DNA of 64,000 bases from positions 11,744-75,743 of the forward strand of contig JALZUQ010000012.1 of the NCBI GenBank assembly GCA_023301465.1. Reading direction: 5' to 3'. Below the pieces are notes generated by a model, which was not told the origin of the DNA, did no database searches, and saw only the letters and a program-made list of their open reading frames with translations. Shown here one piece after another: positions 9,158 to 18,963 of this stretch. Origin of the DNA: Oligoflexales bacterium (GTDB taxonomy: Bacteria > Bdellovibrionota_B > Oligoflexia > Oligoflexales > JALZUQ01). Position numbers and translations under genes: made by a program. Each line of letters opens with the position of its first letter. Position 1 is the stretch's first letter.

Positions 9158-11440
9158 ATGTTAAGGGGGTTATTTTTGATTAAAACAAAATACACATGGA
9201 GCATTACTATCATACTTGCAATAAGTATGCTTGTTCATATTCTTAGTTTGGTTGCCAGTAAAACATTTTTATTGGGCGTTGTGGTATCTCACGAACCATT
9301 ACACGCTATTATTGAAATCCTTGGATCTACGGTTGCTCTTGTGGTTGCTTGGTTTCTGTTGTCCCAAGAAGATGCAAATGGAGGTACAAGTTTCAACGTT
9401 TGGATTGCATCTGCATTAATTGCTATGGGTGTGCTCGATGCTTTTCATGCTGTTGTTCATGTAGGACATACATTTGTGTGGCTTCATAGTACGGCAACCT
9501 TTATTGGTGCTCTTTTCTTTTGCTGTACGTTACTTCCATCGTCTTGGCAAAAGGGTATGAGAGTTTTCTGGCCGTCATTTTCATTAGTTGCTTCAATATT
9601 TTTTGGCTCTTTATTTTTAATTTTTCCAAAAATTATTCCTGCAATGATCGATTCAACTGGTCATTTTACCCCTATGGCAAAATTCTTAAATATTGCCGGT
9701 GGTGTATTGTTACTTGTTGTTGCAGTACGTCTGGTCTACTCATTTTATAAAACAAAAAATCAAGACGACTTTTTGTTTTGTTTACATTGTGTTTTATTTG
9801 GTTCAGCAGCAGTAATGTTTGAATCATCTAGGCTATGGGATGTTGCATGGTGGGGCTGGCATATACTGAGGCTTGCTGCTTATGCAGTGGCATTATACTT
9901 TGTTTTAAAAGAACAATGGGCTATTAAATCTAAAACAGATCGTGTGTCGACGCAAAAACAGCTCGCCTTAGAAGCTGCTCATATGAGCACTTTTTTCTGT
10001 GATTTAACAGATAGTCAAATTGAGTGTGATAAAGGTATTTATAATATTTTTAATTTTTTAAATCATACGCCACCAAGGTTTAAAGAAATTGTTGCTAGGC
10101 TCGATGCAGAGGGACAAACAAAAATAATGGAAGCAGCAGAGCAAGGTAAAAAAGAACTCGGTAAGTATAGTGGGCAGGTAAAACTTGATAAAAAATATGC
10201 TGATCATCGTACTTTAAGTTATATTTTAAGTTTTGTAGGTGGCTCAAAAGGTGCAGATGGTCTACATGGTATCTTTTGGGATGTTACCGAAGAAAACAAA
10301 AAAATTGAAGAAACAAAAAAGCTAAATAAAAGACTTGAGCTTTCATTACAAGCTTCTAGTATTGGTGTTTGGGATTGGGATATTCAAAAAAACCTACTTG
10401 TCTGGGAAAAAGAAATGCTAGATCTCTATGGGGTTCGTGAATATCATCCAGATCAAGGTTTTACAATATGGGAAAGGTTTTTACATCCAGATGATAAAGA
10501 ACGCGTGCTTAGTGAAATTAAGTTAGCGGTTTCAGGTGAAAAAAAATTAGAAACAGATTTCCGAATTATTTTAGATGATGGCAATGTTCGTCATTTAAAA
10601 GCTTTGGCTGATACAATTCATGACCAAATAACCGGTAAAGCAAAGCGTTTGACTGGTGTGAATTGGGATATCACTGAGCAAAAAACTATGATTCAACAGC
10701 TAAAGGATCAAAAAATTGAATTAAAGAAGTCTAATATAGAATTAGAACAGTTTGCTTTTGCAGCGTCTCATGATTTGCAAGAACCACTTCGTAAAATTAT
10801 TAGTTACTCAGGTGTTCTTGAAGAAAAAATAAATGCTTTAAGTGTGAAAGATGATGATACACAATTTGTTTTAGATGTGATTACAAAATCTTCTACTCGC
10901 ATGCAAAAACTCATTCATGATTTATTAACTTACTCTAGAGTCGGAAGAAAGAACTGGACTCCAGAAAAACTTTGTTTGAATGAAGTCGTGGAGGCAGCGT
11001 TAGATAATTTAGAAATAACCATCGAAGATCATTCAGCTGAGGTCTCAGTAGATGCCTTGCCTGAAATATTGGGTGATAAAAACCACATGATTATGTTGTT
11101 TCAAAACATTATTGGTAATGCCGTGAAGTATAGAGATAAAGACAAAAAACCATCTGTTTCCGTGCAAGCTAAGAAATTGAACGAAAAGTGGGAGTTTGCG
11201 ATTAAAGATAACGGAATTGGAATAAAAAAAGAACATACCGATCAAATTTTTGTATTGTTTAACAGGCTTCACGGTCGTGGCAAGTATGAAGGTAATGGTA
11301 TTGGTTTAGCAATGTGTAAAAAAACTGTTGAGAAGCTAGGTGGAGAGATATGGGCAGAATCAAATGTTGGTAATGGAAGTACGTTTAAGTTTACTCTGCC
11401 AGTAGATGAGAATGAAATTAATAATTGCATGAACTCTTAG
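9158..11440 (+). CDS. Membrane-bound PAS sensor histidine kinase
   Basis: About 250 aa polytopic N-terminus and a PAS-like region (GVWDWDI...). H-box ASHDLQEPLRKI, plus HATPase motifs GNAVKY, DNGIGI, GNGIGLAMCKK. Confidence 0.9.
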   Translation: MLRGLFLIKTKYTWSITIILAISMLVHILSLVASKTFLLGVVVSHEPLHAIIEILGSTVALVVAWFLLSQEDANGGTSFNVWIASALIAMGVLDAFHAVVHVGHTFVWLHSTATFIGALFFCCTLLPSSWQKGMRVFWPSFSLVASIFFGSLFLIFPKIIPAMIDSTGHFTPMAKFLNIAGGVLLLVVAVRLVYSFYKTKNQDDFLFCLHCVLFGSAAVMFESSRLWDVAWWGWHILRLAAYAVALYFVLKEQWAIKSKTDRVSTQKQLALEAAHMSTFFCDLTDSQIECDKGIYNIFNFLNHTPPRFKEIVARLDAEGQTKIMEAAEQGKKELGKYSGQVKLDKKYADHRTLSYILSFVGGSKGADGLHGIFWDVTEENKKIEETKKLNKRLELSLQASSIGVWDWDIQKNLLVWEKEMLDLYGVREYHPDQGFTIWERFLHPDDKERVLSEIKLAVSGEKKLETDFRIILDDGNVRHLKALADTIHDQITGKAKRLTGVNWDITEQKTMIQQLKDQKIELKKSNIELEQFAFAASHDLQEPLRKIISYSGVLEEKINALSVKDDDTQFVLDVITKSSTRMQKLIHDLLTYSRVGRKNWTPEKLCLNEVVEAALDNLEITIEDHSAEVSVDALPEILGDKNHMIMLFQNIIGNAVKYRDKDKKPSVSVQAKKLNEKWEFAIKDNGIGIKKEHTDQIFVLFNRLHGRGKYEGNGIGLAMCKKTVEKLGGEIWAESNVGNGSTFKFTLPVDENEINNCMNS

Positions 11441-11465
11441 TGAATGCAGATTTTGAGGTGTGCAT

Positions 11466-11918
11466 ATGGTCATATTTAAGCATAAAAAAGACATTAAAAG
11501 GATTCTTCTTGTTGAAGATGATCCTGATGATGTTGATTTAATTAAAAGAGCTATTGCTAGTAATAATTTAGATATAGAATTGGATATCGTAGATAACGGC
11601 GAAGATGCGTTAAAGTATTTGAGTCAACAAGATGAGTACGCCAAAAAACCACTACCGGACGTGACTCTACTGGACCTAAACTTACCTATTATTAATGGGC
11701 GAGAGATCCTACGAAAAGTCAGGTCAAACAATCATTTACAACACTTAGTTATGATTGTTTTATCAACCTCATCTGCACAAGATGATATTGATCAGTGTTA
11801 TTCTTTAAATGCAAACTGTTTTGTCAGTAAACCCTTGACGATGCAAGGGTACGTAGATGTTATCAAGGGTGTACATGAATTTTGGTTAGAAAGAAGTAGT
11901 TTGCCAAGCTCACAATAA
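11466..11918 (+). CDS. Single-domain response regulator (CheY-like)
   Basis: LLVEDDPDD, LLDLNLP, VLSTS, SKP. ATG 11466 lies 7 nt after GAGG. Sits 19-25 nt downstream of the kinase gene. Confidence 0.85.
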   Translation: MVIFKHKKDIKRILLVEDDPDDVDLIKRAIASNNLDIELDIVDNGEDALKYLSQQDEYAKKPLPDVTLLDLNLPIINGREILRKVRSNNHLQHLVMIVLSTSSAQDDIDQCYSLNANCFVSKPLTMQGYVDVIKGVHEFWLERSSLPSSQ

Positions 11919-11923
11919 AAAAT

Positions 11924-11947
11924 ACAGTTGATATTTAAATCAACTGT
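11924..11947. terminator. Perfect 9-bp hairpin between convergent genes
   Basis: ACAGTTGAT-ATTTAA-ATCAACTGT. Flanked by an A-run on the + strand, which gives a T-run for the minus-strand transcript. No strong T-run for the + transcript. Confidence 0.5.
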
Positions 11948-11972
11948 AATTGAGTGTGTCTACCTCAGGTTA

Positions 11973-12494
11973 TTAATTCAGTATTTTCTTTTTGTTTGTT
12001 AACTCCATATCTTCGTATATTTTTGAAATTTCATAAGCTTCGAAAGCTGCGTTAAGAACAGCAAATGGTCCCAGTTTTTTGTGAATGAATTCTCTAATTG
12101 TTGTGGGCCATCTTTTCTTTTTGTCTTGTTTTGTTTGACTAACTAATACTACAGGAATACTCTTTTTGGTGTAATGTTCCATATAGTCTACTAGTTCATA
12201 ACCATTGGTGAACCCAAGGTTGCAATCAATAACTGCAACATCAAAGTCGTTCCAGCTATCACTCAGTTTTCCAAAATCAGTTATATTTTCGCAGTAGGTG
12301 ACGCTTGCCCCTAACTGATGAGCTGATCTAGAAACTATTTTCCCAAAAATTGGGTCATCATCTACGAGTAGAATGCGAGGGTATGAGCTTGGTTTAAAGA
12401 CATCACCTCCTCCGTAGAGCATCGATCTTTTGCTGTTTTCTAGCCCTCTATACATACTCATTGGTGTTTCTATCGTTTTCTGTGTTTTTGGCAT
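11973..12494 (-). CDS. Stand-alone receiver-domain protein with ~45 aa N-terminal extension
   Basis: LLVDDDP, AVIDCNL (acceptor Asp), VLVSQT. No output domain. Confidence 0.7.
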   Translation of the reverse strand: MPKTQKTIETPMSMYRGLENSKRSMLYGGGDVFKPSSYPRILLVDDDPIFGKIVSRSAHQLGASVTYCENITDFGKLSDSWNDFDVAVIDCNLGFTNGYELVDYMEHYTKKSIPVVLVSQTKQDKKKRWPTTIREFIHKKLGPFAVLNAAFEAYEISKIYEDMELTNKKKILN

Positions 12495-12667
12495 TTTATT
12501 CTCTCCTTATTTAATACATCCCAAGGACATTGATCTTTTCGCCTAAATCACAAAAAACTTAAGTGTTATTAGTATGATACAAAATGGGTAAAAAAGAAAA
12601 TATGAGAGTAATCAAGGTGATAAATGCCAATATTTTGACAAACATGACGCAGAAAGAAAGATTGCTT

Positions 12668-13309
12668 TCAGTCGAAGTACTCTTTTATTTGTTTTGGGTC
12701 GCCTGACTTTAATACTTCAGGGGTTTTTTGATCTAAATAAGAATCTGGCTTAGTAAACTGCGGACGTTCAATATCTTGTTCTCCACTAGAGAAGGAGTCA
12801 TGCGAGGCAGAAACAGGGTTTCCTAGTACACCGGGGATTTGTCTTAATACTGCATCTGTGATCATTAGTGCAGGAATGTCGCCACTTGATAAAATATATT
12901 TCCCTACAGAAATATGCGTATCAAAGTAAGTGTAGCAACGCTCATCAAACCCACCAAATCTTCCACATACAAAGATAAGATCTTGTTTATTTTGTGACAA
13001 ACTATTTACAGTGCTTTGTTGAAGGACTTCCCCTTTTGGGCACAAGCCAATAACATAAGATTTTTGACATGTTTCTTTTGCGAGTTCAATAGCACGGTGA
13101 ATGCAGTCAACGCGAAGGATCATGCCGTCTCCTCCTCCTGTAGGTCTTCCATCAATACTATGATGTTTGCCCACTCCAAAATCTCTCAAGTTTAGGATTT
13201 CAAAGTCTATGATCTTATCTGCTTTATAATATGGAAAACTCTTAAGAATGGGAGCAATCGTTTCAGGTTGGGTGGTGATGAAGATAATTTTAGATTTAGA
13301 GTTCCCCAT
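12668..13309 (-). CDS. trmD: tRNA (guanine37-N1)-methyltransferase
   Basis: TrmD-like CGRFGGFDER and ISVGKYILSSGD motifs. Canonical rpsP-rimM-trmD order. Confidence 0.9.
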   Translation of the reverse strand: MGNSKSKIIFITTQPETIAPILKSFPYYKADKIIDFEILNLRDFGVGKHHSIDGRPTGGGDGMILRVDCIHRAIELAKETCQKSYVIGLCPKGEVLQQSTVNSLSQNKQDLIFVCGRFGGFDERCYTYFDTHISVGKYILSSGDIPALMITDAVLRQIPGVLGNPVSASHDSFSSGEQDIERPQFTKPDSYLDQKTPEVLKSGDPKQIKEYFD

Positions 13310-13850
13310 AGATATCCTCTAAATCGCTTTTTAGTAGTTTGCAGATGATTTTTTTGAGTTCACCTTTCTCGTAATAAATTTCAAATTGTTCGGATACTAA
13401 GGGTAAGTCTATTTTTTGTTGGTTTGTAGTCACTTTTAAAAAAGTTTGGTTTTGCCCAAAGCTAAAGTGACTAGTTTCTCCAATGGTATTACCTAGTGTA
13501 TCCTCTAGTGCTAGGCCTAAAAAAGAGTTCCAAAGTGGCATTGCTAAGGATTTTTTTGGAAGCCAAAGATCTAAGCCAACGAGTCGATTTAAATCTTCTT
13601 GCTCGAGGTTTTGCCACCCTTTGATTTCGAGCCATTTTTCTTGCCGGGTCTTAATGGTGCAGGGAATGCCGAACTCAGGATCAACGCCAATTCTTGCCTC
13701 AGTGGGGAAAAAAATATTTTCGTCTAAACTTCTAAGTTTTAGAAGGTGGGAAGTGGGATGGATTTTTTGAATAGTCGATAAAAAAACCCAGCCTTCATGA
13801 TTTGAAGTTTTCATGAAAGACTGGGATTTTGATTTTGATTTTGATTGCAA
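13296..13850 (-). CDS. rimM: 16S rRNA processing protein RimM
   Basis: Position between rpsP and trmD, with a 14-nt overlap with trmD, and appropriate size. Start ambiguous: TTG 13850, or ATG 13814 (MKTSNHEGWVF...). Confidence 0.7.
   Translation of the reverse strand: MQSKSKSKSQSFMKTSNHEGWVFLSTIQKIHPTSHLLKLRSLDENIFFPTEARIGVDPEFGIPCTIKTRQEKWLEIKGWQNLEQEDLNRLVGLDLWLPKKSLAMPLWNSFLGLALEDTLGNTIGETSHFSFGQNQTFLKVTTNQQKIDLPLVSEQFEIYYEKGELKKIICKLLKSDLEDIYGEL
13825..13846. repeat. Hexanucleotide tandem repeat (GATTTT) x3.7
   Basis: gattttgattttgattttgatt on the + strand. Encodes SKSKSKS if rimM starts at 13850; otherwise it lies in the rpsP-rimM spacer. Confidence 0.6.
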
Positions 13851-13871
13851 AATACGATTCGCTAAGAACTC

Positions 13872-14126
13872 TTATGTTCTTGAAAGAGGTACTTTGTGTT
13901 TTTTAAGAAGTGTATTCACTTGAGCACTCAGCTGAGCACCATTTTTGTACCAATGTTCTAAGCGTTCTTGTTTGAAAACAAATTGAGATGGCTCATGGTT
14001 TGGATCGTAGTATCCGATCTTTTCGATGAACTTACCGTCTCTTGCTGCTTTTGAGTCTGTTGCTACCAAGTGATAAAAAGGACGACCCTTTTGGCCATGT
14101 CTTTGGAATCTTAATTTAACTGCCAT
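13872..14126 (-). CDS. rpsP: 30S ribosomal protein S16
   Basis: MAVKLRFQRHGQKGRPFYHLVATDSKAARDGKFIEKIGYYDP is a canonical S16 N-terminus. ATG 14126 lies behind GAAGGTG. The ORF-track extension to 14180 is rejected. Confidence 0.92.
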   Translation of the reverse strand: MAVKLRFQRHGQKGRPFYHLVATDSKAARDGKFIEKIGYYDPNHEPSQFVFKQERLEHWYKNGAQLSAQVNTLLKKHKVPLSRT

Positions 14127-14352
14127 AAAAATAAACACCTTCTCAAACATTCTTAACCATTCGAATGGGATAACTACCATAAAGTAGTCCTAAACATCAA
14201 GCGGTTCGTAAGGTTGATTGTTCTGTGAACTACCTAGGCTATCCATGCCGCCAAAAACTTGTCTTTCACGTGCTGTCAAGGCAGGATAAGAGACTGAAAT
14301 ATCAAGGATGAGAAGATGTTATCTATAGAAATGCCAGTTGCTTGGAGGCACC

Positions 14353-15330
14353 ATGCTGCGTGTTAAAACTTGGGGTACTCGGGGGTCTCTTCCACGAGCT
14401 AGTAGTGATGAGTGCTTTAAGAGTCAGGTTTCTCAACTAATTGATGATATCGGACTGGATCACCCTGATGGCTTAAAAGCACTAAAGGCAAAGTTAGATG
14501 GTGATGAACATCTTGTTTTTGGTGGCAACACGAGCTGTGTTGAAATTTCTTCAAAAAATGAAAGCGTGATTTTTGATATGGGTACCGGTCTTAGAGACGC
14601 AGGTACAAAGCTCTACAAAAACGGCGTTAAAAAATATCATATTTTTTTAACGCACCTTCATTGGGACCATATCATGGGGTTCCCTTTCTTCTTGCCAGCC
14701 TATGATCCTAGCTGTGAAATTAATTTTTATCATGTTCATAAAATTGCACCTGAATATGTAAAAATTCTTTTTAATGGAGTTAACTTCCCAGTAAAGTGGG
14801 AAGATGTTGGAGCTAAAATTGAATTTCATCAGCTTAAACTGTACGAGCCTGTGAATATAAGTGATTTAACTTTACACCCTTTTAGCTTAGATCACCCTGG
14901 TGGCTCCTTTGGTTACCGAGTCGAAAATGGTTCTAACTCAGTAGTGATTGGCTACGATAGTGAATACAAGAGACTTACCAAAGAAGAACTTGGAAAAGAC
15001 TATATATATTACCAAGACTTAGATGCAATTTTGTTTGATGCACAATATGAAATGCAAGAATATGCTTCTAAGTTTGATTGGGGCCACTGCACTCCAACTA
15101 TTGGTACTGGGCTCGCTCTACGTGAGGGTATTCGAAACGTGCTGTTGACTCACCATGATCCGTGGGCTTCAGATCATATGATTCGTCAAATGTCTGAAAA
15201 TGCAAAAGAGCACGTAAGAGTCAACTTACTTGAATATGAAAGTAAATGGCGTGGATTGAGCCAACCAGCCGGTCCGAATGTAGTGGCTGTTTATGATGGA
15301 TATGAACTTGTATTGGGAGAAGATTCATGA
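14353..15330 (+). CDS. MBL-fold metallo-hydrolase
   Basis: HLHWDH (HxHxDH) motif, an N-terminal WGTRGS...GGNTSCVE pattern, and later DH/HH ligands. ATG 14353 follows GGAGG. Confidence 0.8.
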   Translation: MLRVKTWGTRGSLPRASSDECFKSQVSQLIDDIGLDHPDGLKALKAKLDGDEHLVFGGNTSCVEISSKNESVIFDMGTGLRDAGTKLYKNGVKKYHIFLTHLHWDHIMGFPFFLPAYDPSCEINFYHVHKIAPEYVKILFNGVNFPVKWEDVGAKIEFHQLKLYEPVNISDLTLHPFSLDHPGGSFGYRVENGSNSVVIGYDSEYKRLTKEELGKDYIYYQDLDAILFDAQYEMQEYASKFDWGHCTPTIGTGLALREGIRNVLLTHHDPWASDHMIRQMSENAKEHVRVNLLEYESKWRGLSQPAGPNVVAVYDGYELVLGEDS

Positions 15331-16658
15331 AAAACCTGTGGTTATTTTTGACTTTATGTTTTTGTTTTGCGGGGAATGCGTTTGCGGTTATTTCTTTAAG
15401 CGGGACAGCTTTTAAAAGTGGTTCTAGTGATACGATCACCATTGACTTAACCGTGTCGGGGTTTGCACAAGGTGAATATCCAACAAACTCTGAAGTGTTC
15501 TTTTCACAGATCATTCGAGCTCGCCTGCCTTCTTACGAAGGTAATGCATCAAACTTTGTTCATCTTTCTAACTATGAATCTACTCCTATCGGTAGTTATA
15601 TTCCTTTAAACACTTATGAATTAACGATTCTAAATGTGGTTGATAATATTACCTCTGCAGACTCTACGACAGAAGCGTTTAGAATTAGTCTTGAGTTGCG
15701 TGATATTGCAGGGAACAATTTTGATGGTGTAGTGAATTCTGCAGGTGATGTTCAAATAGAGTTTCGTGCACTTCAAGAAGGTTCATCAAGCGAATTTGAT
15801 ACTCAGGTGACAGAGCTTCGGATTACTGCAACCTCAGACAATGTGGTGGTATCAGCGATCCCGTCAGGTGTGTCTGCTTCAGCAGGTGACGGTTCTCTTA
15901 GCGTGAATTGGACTGCTCCAACATCTAATGTAGCGTTTTATAATATTGAGACTAAATCTATTGAGTCTGCGAAAAGTCTTCCGAGTGGAGTCACCGTTCT
16001 TTTATTCGAGCGTGGCGTAAATGATTATGTATTAGATGCGAGGCTTGCAAACGGCGACGAAGAGACTGAAGACGCAAATGGTGAGTGTAATTATAATGAT
16101 GGCGTAGCGAATGGTGCAGGGTGTATTTCAGGCTGTAGTACAGACGCATCTGTTTCGCAAGATATTGCTTATTTAGATATTAATGCCATTAGAGCAGGAA
16201 ATGATTTTTTAAGTGGTTTGATTCGAATCTTAGAAGCAAATAGTTCTGAAGACTCGGTAACATTCACGGGATTAAAGAATGACACTGAGTACCGTGCTGT
16301 CGTTGTCTATGAACCAAATCAAATCAATCTTTCTACTACACGTTGTGTCTCTGCAATTCCAAAAGAGCAATTTTCTATCCAAGGAAAGTTTGCAGGGGCT
16401 TCAAAAAAAGACACTACAAAAGTTCCTTGTATGATTACTCAAGTGAGTGCCGGTGAATGGGTTGAGCATGAATTAGATTTATTTCGATTTGTTCGTGACC
16501 GCTGGTTCTTCAAAACAGAAGGTAGCTTGCACTTGGTGTCATCATACTATGCTGTTAGTGCCATTATAGAAAAACCATTAGAACAAAGCGGTTTCTTGCG
16601 TGGTGTTCTTTATGGTGTATTTGAGCCGGTAGCATCTCTACTAAATTGGATGCTATAG
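15327..16658 (+). CDS. Secreted protein with FN3-like middle region and conserved Cys-initiated C-terminal tail
   Basis: Signal peptide MKNLWLFLTLCFCFAGNAFA. ATGA overlap with the upstream gene. C-terminal 76 aa CMITQVSAG...LFRFVRDRW...SSYYAVSA. No enzymatic motif. Confidence 0.6.
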   Translation: MKNLWLFLTLCFCFAGNAFAVISLSGTAFKSGSSDTITIDLTVSGFAQGEYPTNSEVFFSQIIRARLPSYEGNASNFVHLSNYESTPIGSYIPLNTYELTILNVVDNITSADSTTEAFRISLELRDIAGNNFDGVVNSAGDVQIEFRALQEGSSSEFDTQVTELRITATSDNVVVSAIPSGVSASAGDGSLSVNWTAPTSNVAFYNIETKSIESAKSLPSGVTVLLFERGVNDYVLDARLANGDEETEDANGECNYNDGVANGAGCISGCSTDASVSQDIAYLDINAIRAGNDFLSGLIRILEANSSEDSVTFTGLKNDTEYRAVVVYEPNQINLSTTRCVSAIPKEQFSIQGKFAGASKKDTTKVPCMITQVSAGEWVEHELDLFRFVRDRWFFKTEGSLHLVSSYYAVSAIIEKPLEQSGFLRGVLYGVFEPVASLLNWML

Positions 16659-16661
16659 ACC

Positions 16662-17360
16662 ATGATGCATGCTTTTGAAAATTCTGTATTCTACGATGTT
16701 TTACTTCCCAAAAAAGTAAAAAAAACATCTGAGTCTTCAGAAATCACCTTAGAGCGTAGTTACCGATATAAAGTAGACCCATCAAGCCCCATGGATCAGT
16801 TTGATTTAGTCATCTTTGACTTTGAAACCACTGGCCTTAATGTGGCTTCTGATCAAATTATTGAGATGGGTGCTCTAAGACGCAAACCCGATGGAACCAT
16901 CACAGAGTTTTCAACATTAATTGATCCGGGGCAAAGCCTACCAGAAGTTACCACACGTATTTGTGGGATCACTGATGACATGCTCAAAGGTAAACCAAAG
17001 ATTCATGAAGTCATGGATAAGTTTTTAGAGTTTATCGAGGGCGGTATTCTAGTGGCTCATAATGCAGATTTTGATTACCCATTTCTAAAACAGTCTTGTA
17101 GTCGCTTAGGCAAAAAGATTGATTTCCCATGTTTTTGTACCTTAAAAATGAGTCGAAAGCTTTTACCGGACCTTGAAAGTAAGAGTTTGGACTCCCTTGC
17201 AAAGCACTACGCACTAGAGTTTATCGCTCGTCACCGTTCAGTTGGTGATTGCGAAGTAACTTTGAAGGTTCTTGAGAACCTGCTGGCAGCCAACAAAGAC
17301 CAGTTTCAATTATGGAAAGATTTTCAGCCTTACGGAGCTCGTAATAGTGATTCTAAATAG
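16662..17360 (+). CDS. DEDDh 3'-5' exonuclease (DnaQ/epsilon-like)
   Basis: Exo I DFETTGL, Exo [12 protein letters not shown], Exo [11 protein letters not shown]. Confidence 0.85.
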   Translation: MMHAFENSVFYDVLLPKKVKKTSESSEITLERSYRYKVDPSSPMDQFDLVIFDFETTGLNVASDQIIEMGALRRKPDGTITEFSTLIDPGQSLPEVTTRICGITDDMLKGKPKIHEVMDKFLEFIEGGILVAHNADFDYPFLKQSCSRLGKKIDFPCFCTLKMSRKLLPDLESKSLDSLAKHYALEFIARHRSVGDCEVTLKVLENLLAANKDQFQLWKDFQPYGARNSDSK

Positions 17361-18948
17361 CAGCCTTCAAACGAGTAGTTCAGACTTTATCCAAAATCAA
17401 AAGCACCACCTTGCATTGCAAGAAAGCTTTGATGAAGTCATGAAAGAAATATTAATCAAAGCAGAGTCTGTTGCAAAACGTCAGCACGATAAAGGCAAAC
17501 TTTTGGCAAGGGAACGCATTGAGCTTCTTATTGATCCGGGAACAGAGTTTTTGTCGTTGTCGGATCTAGCTGGCTACGAAATGTACGAAACCCCAGTTCC
17601 CGCTGGTGGAGTGGTGTCTGGAATCGGGCGAGTATGTGGAAAGACCTGTATGATTGTTGCTAACGATCAAACTGTTAAAGGTGGCACGTACTTTCCAATC
17701 TCTGTCAAAAAACATTTGCGAGCTCAACGCATCGCCGAAAAAAATCATCTGCCATGTTTGTACCTTGTGGATTCTGGTGGAGCCTTTTTGCCACTTCAGT
17801 CTGAGGTCTTTCCCGATCAAGATGATTTTGGTAGGATTTTTTATAACCAATCAAAGATGAGTAGTTTGGGGATCACTCAAATTGCTTCAGTTCATGGGTT
17901 TTGCACGGCAGGCGGAGCGTATATTCCTGCCATGTCAGATCAAAGTATTATTGTCAAAGATACAGGTAGCATCTTCTTAGCTGGTCCGCCGCTTGTAAAA
18001 GCTGCTACTGGTGAAGACGTGACCGTCGAAGATCTTGGTGGAGCAAGGGTCCATACCAGTAAAAGTGGAGTGGCCGATCATCTTGCAGCTAATGATGAAC
18101 ACGCTATTGAGATCATGAGAAATGTTGTGGATCACCTACCCGTAAAACATGAATATAAAATTAGCCTTAAGCCGCCGCGTCCACCAAAGTATCCAACGCA
18201 AGAGCTAATGGGAGTAATTCCAAGCGACCCGAAAAAAGCCTTTGATGTACGAGAAGTCATTGCAAGAATTGTTGACGGCTCCGAGTTTTTTGAATTTAAA
18301 AAAGAATACGCAACCACACTTATCACAGGCTTTGCTCATATTGAAGGAATGCCGATTGGGATTATTGCAAATAACGGTGTTCTTTTTTCTGAGAGTGCTC
18401 TGAAAGGAGCTCATTTTATTGAGCTTTGTTGCCAAGACCAGATACCTTTGTTGTTTTTGCAAAATATTACTGGTTTTATGGTTGGTAAGAAGTACGAACA
18501 TGAAGGTATTGCAAAGCATGGTGCAAAGCTTGTAAATGCGGTTTCATGTGCACAAGTCCCTAAAGTGACGTTAGTCATTGGTGGAAGCTACGGTGCTGGA
18601 AATTACGGAATGTGTGGCCGTGCTTATGATCCAGATTTTTTATACATGTGGCCAAACTCCAGAATTGCTGTCATGGGTGGCGAGCAAGCAGCAGGTGTCT
18701 TATCTTCTGTAAAAGTTCAACAACTCGCCAGAAAAGGTCAGACTCTTTCTGAAGAAGAGATAGATGCTATCAAAAAGCCAATTTTAGAAAAATACGAAAA
18801 AGAAAGTTCAGCTTATTATTCCAGTGCAAGGCTTTGGGATGATGGGGTGATCAAAATAACGGATACCCGTAAGGTGCTAGCTCAAAGTTTTGCAGCGTGT
18901 ATGTCTCGTCCTAATAAAGAGACAAAGTTTGGAATTTTTAGAATGTAG
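17347..18948 (+). CDS. Acyl-CoA carboxylase carboxyltransferase (beta) subunit, methylcrotonyl/geranyl-CoA type
   Basis: Strong carboxyltransferase pattern ([28 protein letters not shown], ...GGAYIPAM...[16 protein letters not shown]). Start set to GTG 17347, overlapping the upstream stop. ORF-track start 17272 would overlap the upstream gene by 89 nt. Confidence 0.9.
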   Translation: MILNSSLQTSSSDFIQNQKHHLALQESFDEVMKEILIKAESVAKRQHDKGKLLARERIELLIDPGTEFLSLSDLAGYEMYETPVPAGGVVSGIGRVCGKTCMIVANDQTVKGGTYFPISVKKHLRAQRIAEKNHLPCLYLVDSGGAFLPLQSEVFPDQDDFGRIFYNQSKMSSLGITQIASVHGFCTAGGAYIPAMSDQSIIVKDTGSIFLAGPPLVKAATGEDVTVEDLGGARVHTSKSGVADHLAANDEHAIEIMRNVVDHLPVKHEYKISLKPPRPPKYPTQELMGVIPSDPKKAFDVREVIARIVDGSEFFEFKKEYATTLITGFAHIEGMPIGIIANNGVLFSESALKGAHFIELCCQDQIPLLFLQNITGFMVGKKYEHEGIAKHGAKLVNAVSCAQVPKVTLVIGGSYGAGNYGMCGRAYDPDFLYMWPNSRIAVMGGEQAAGVLSSVKVQQLARKGQTLSEEEIDAIKKPILEKYEKESSAYYSSARLWDDGVIKITDTRKVLAQSFAACMSRPNKETKFGIFRM

Positions 18949-18963
18949 TGAAAGGAGAGTCCC

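Noticed and set aside
14127-14180. N-terminal extension of rpsP in the ORF track (MVVIPFEWLRMFEKVFIF)
   Set aside because: Canonical S16 starts at MAVKLRF, and a good SD precedes ATG 14126.
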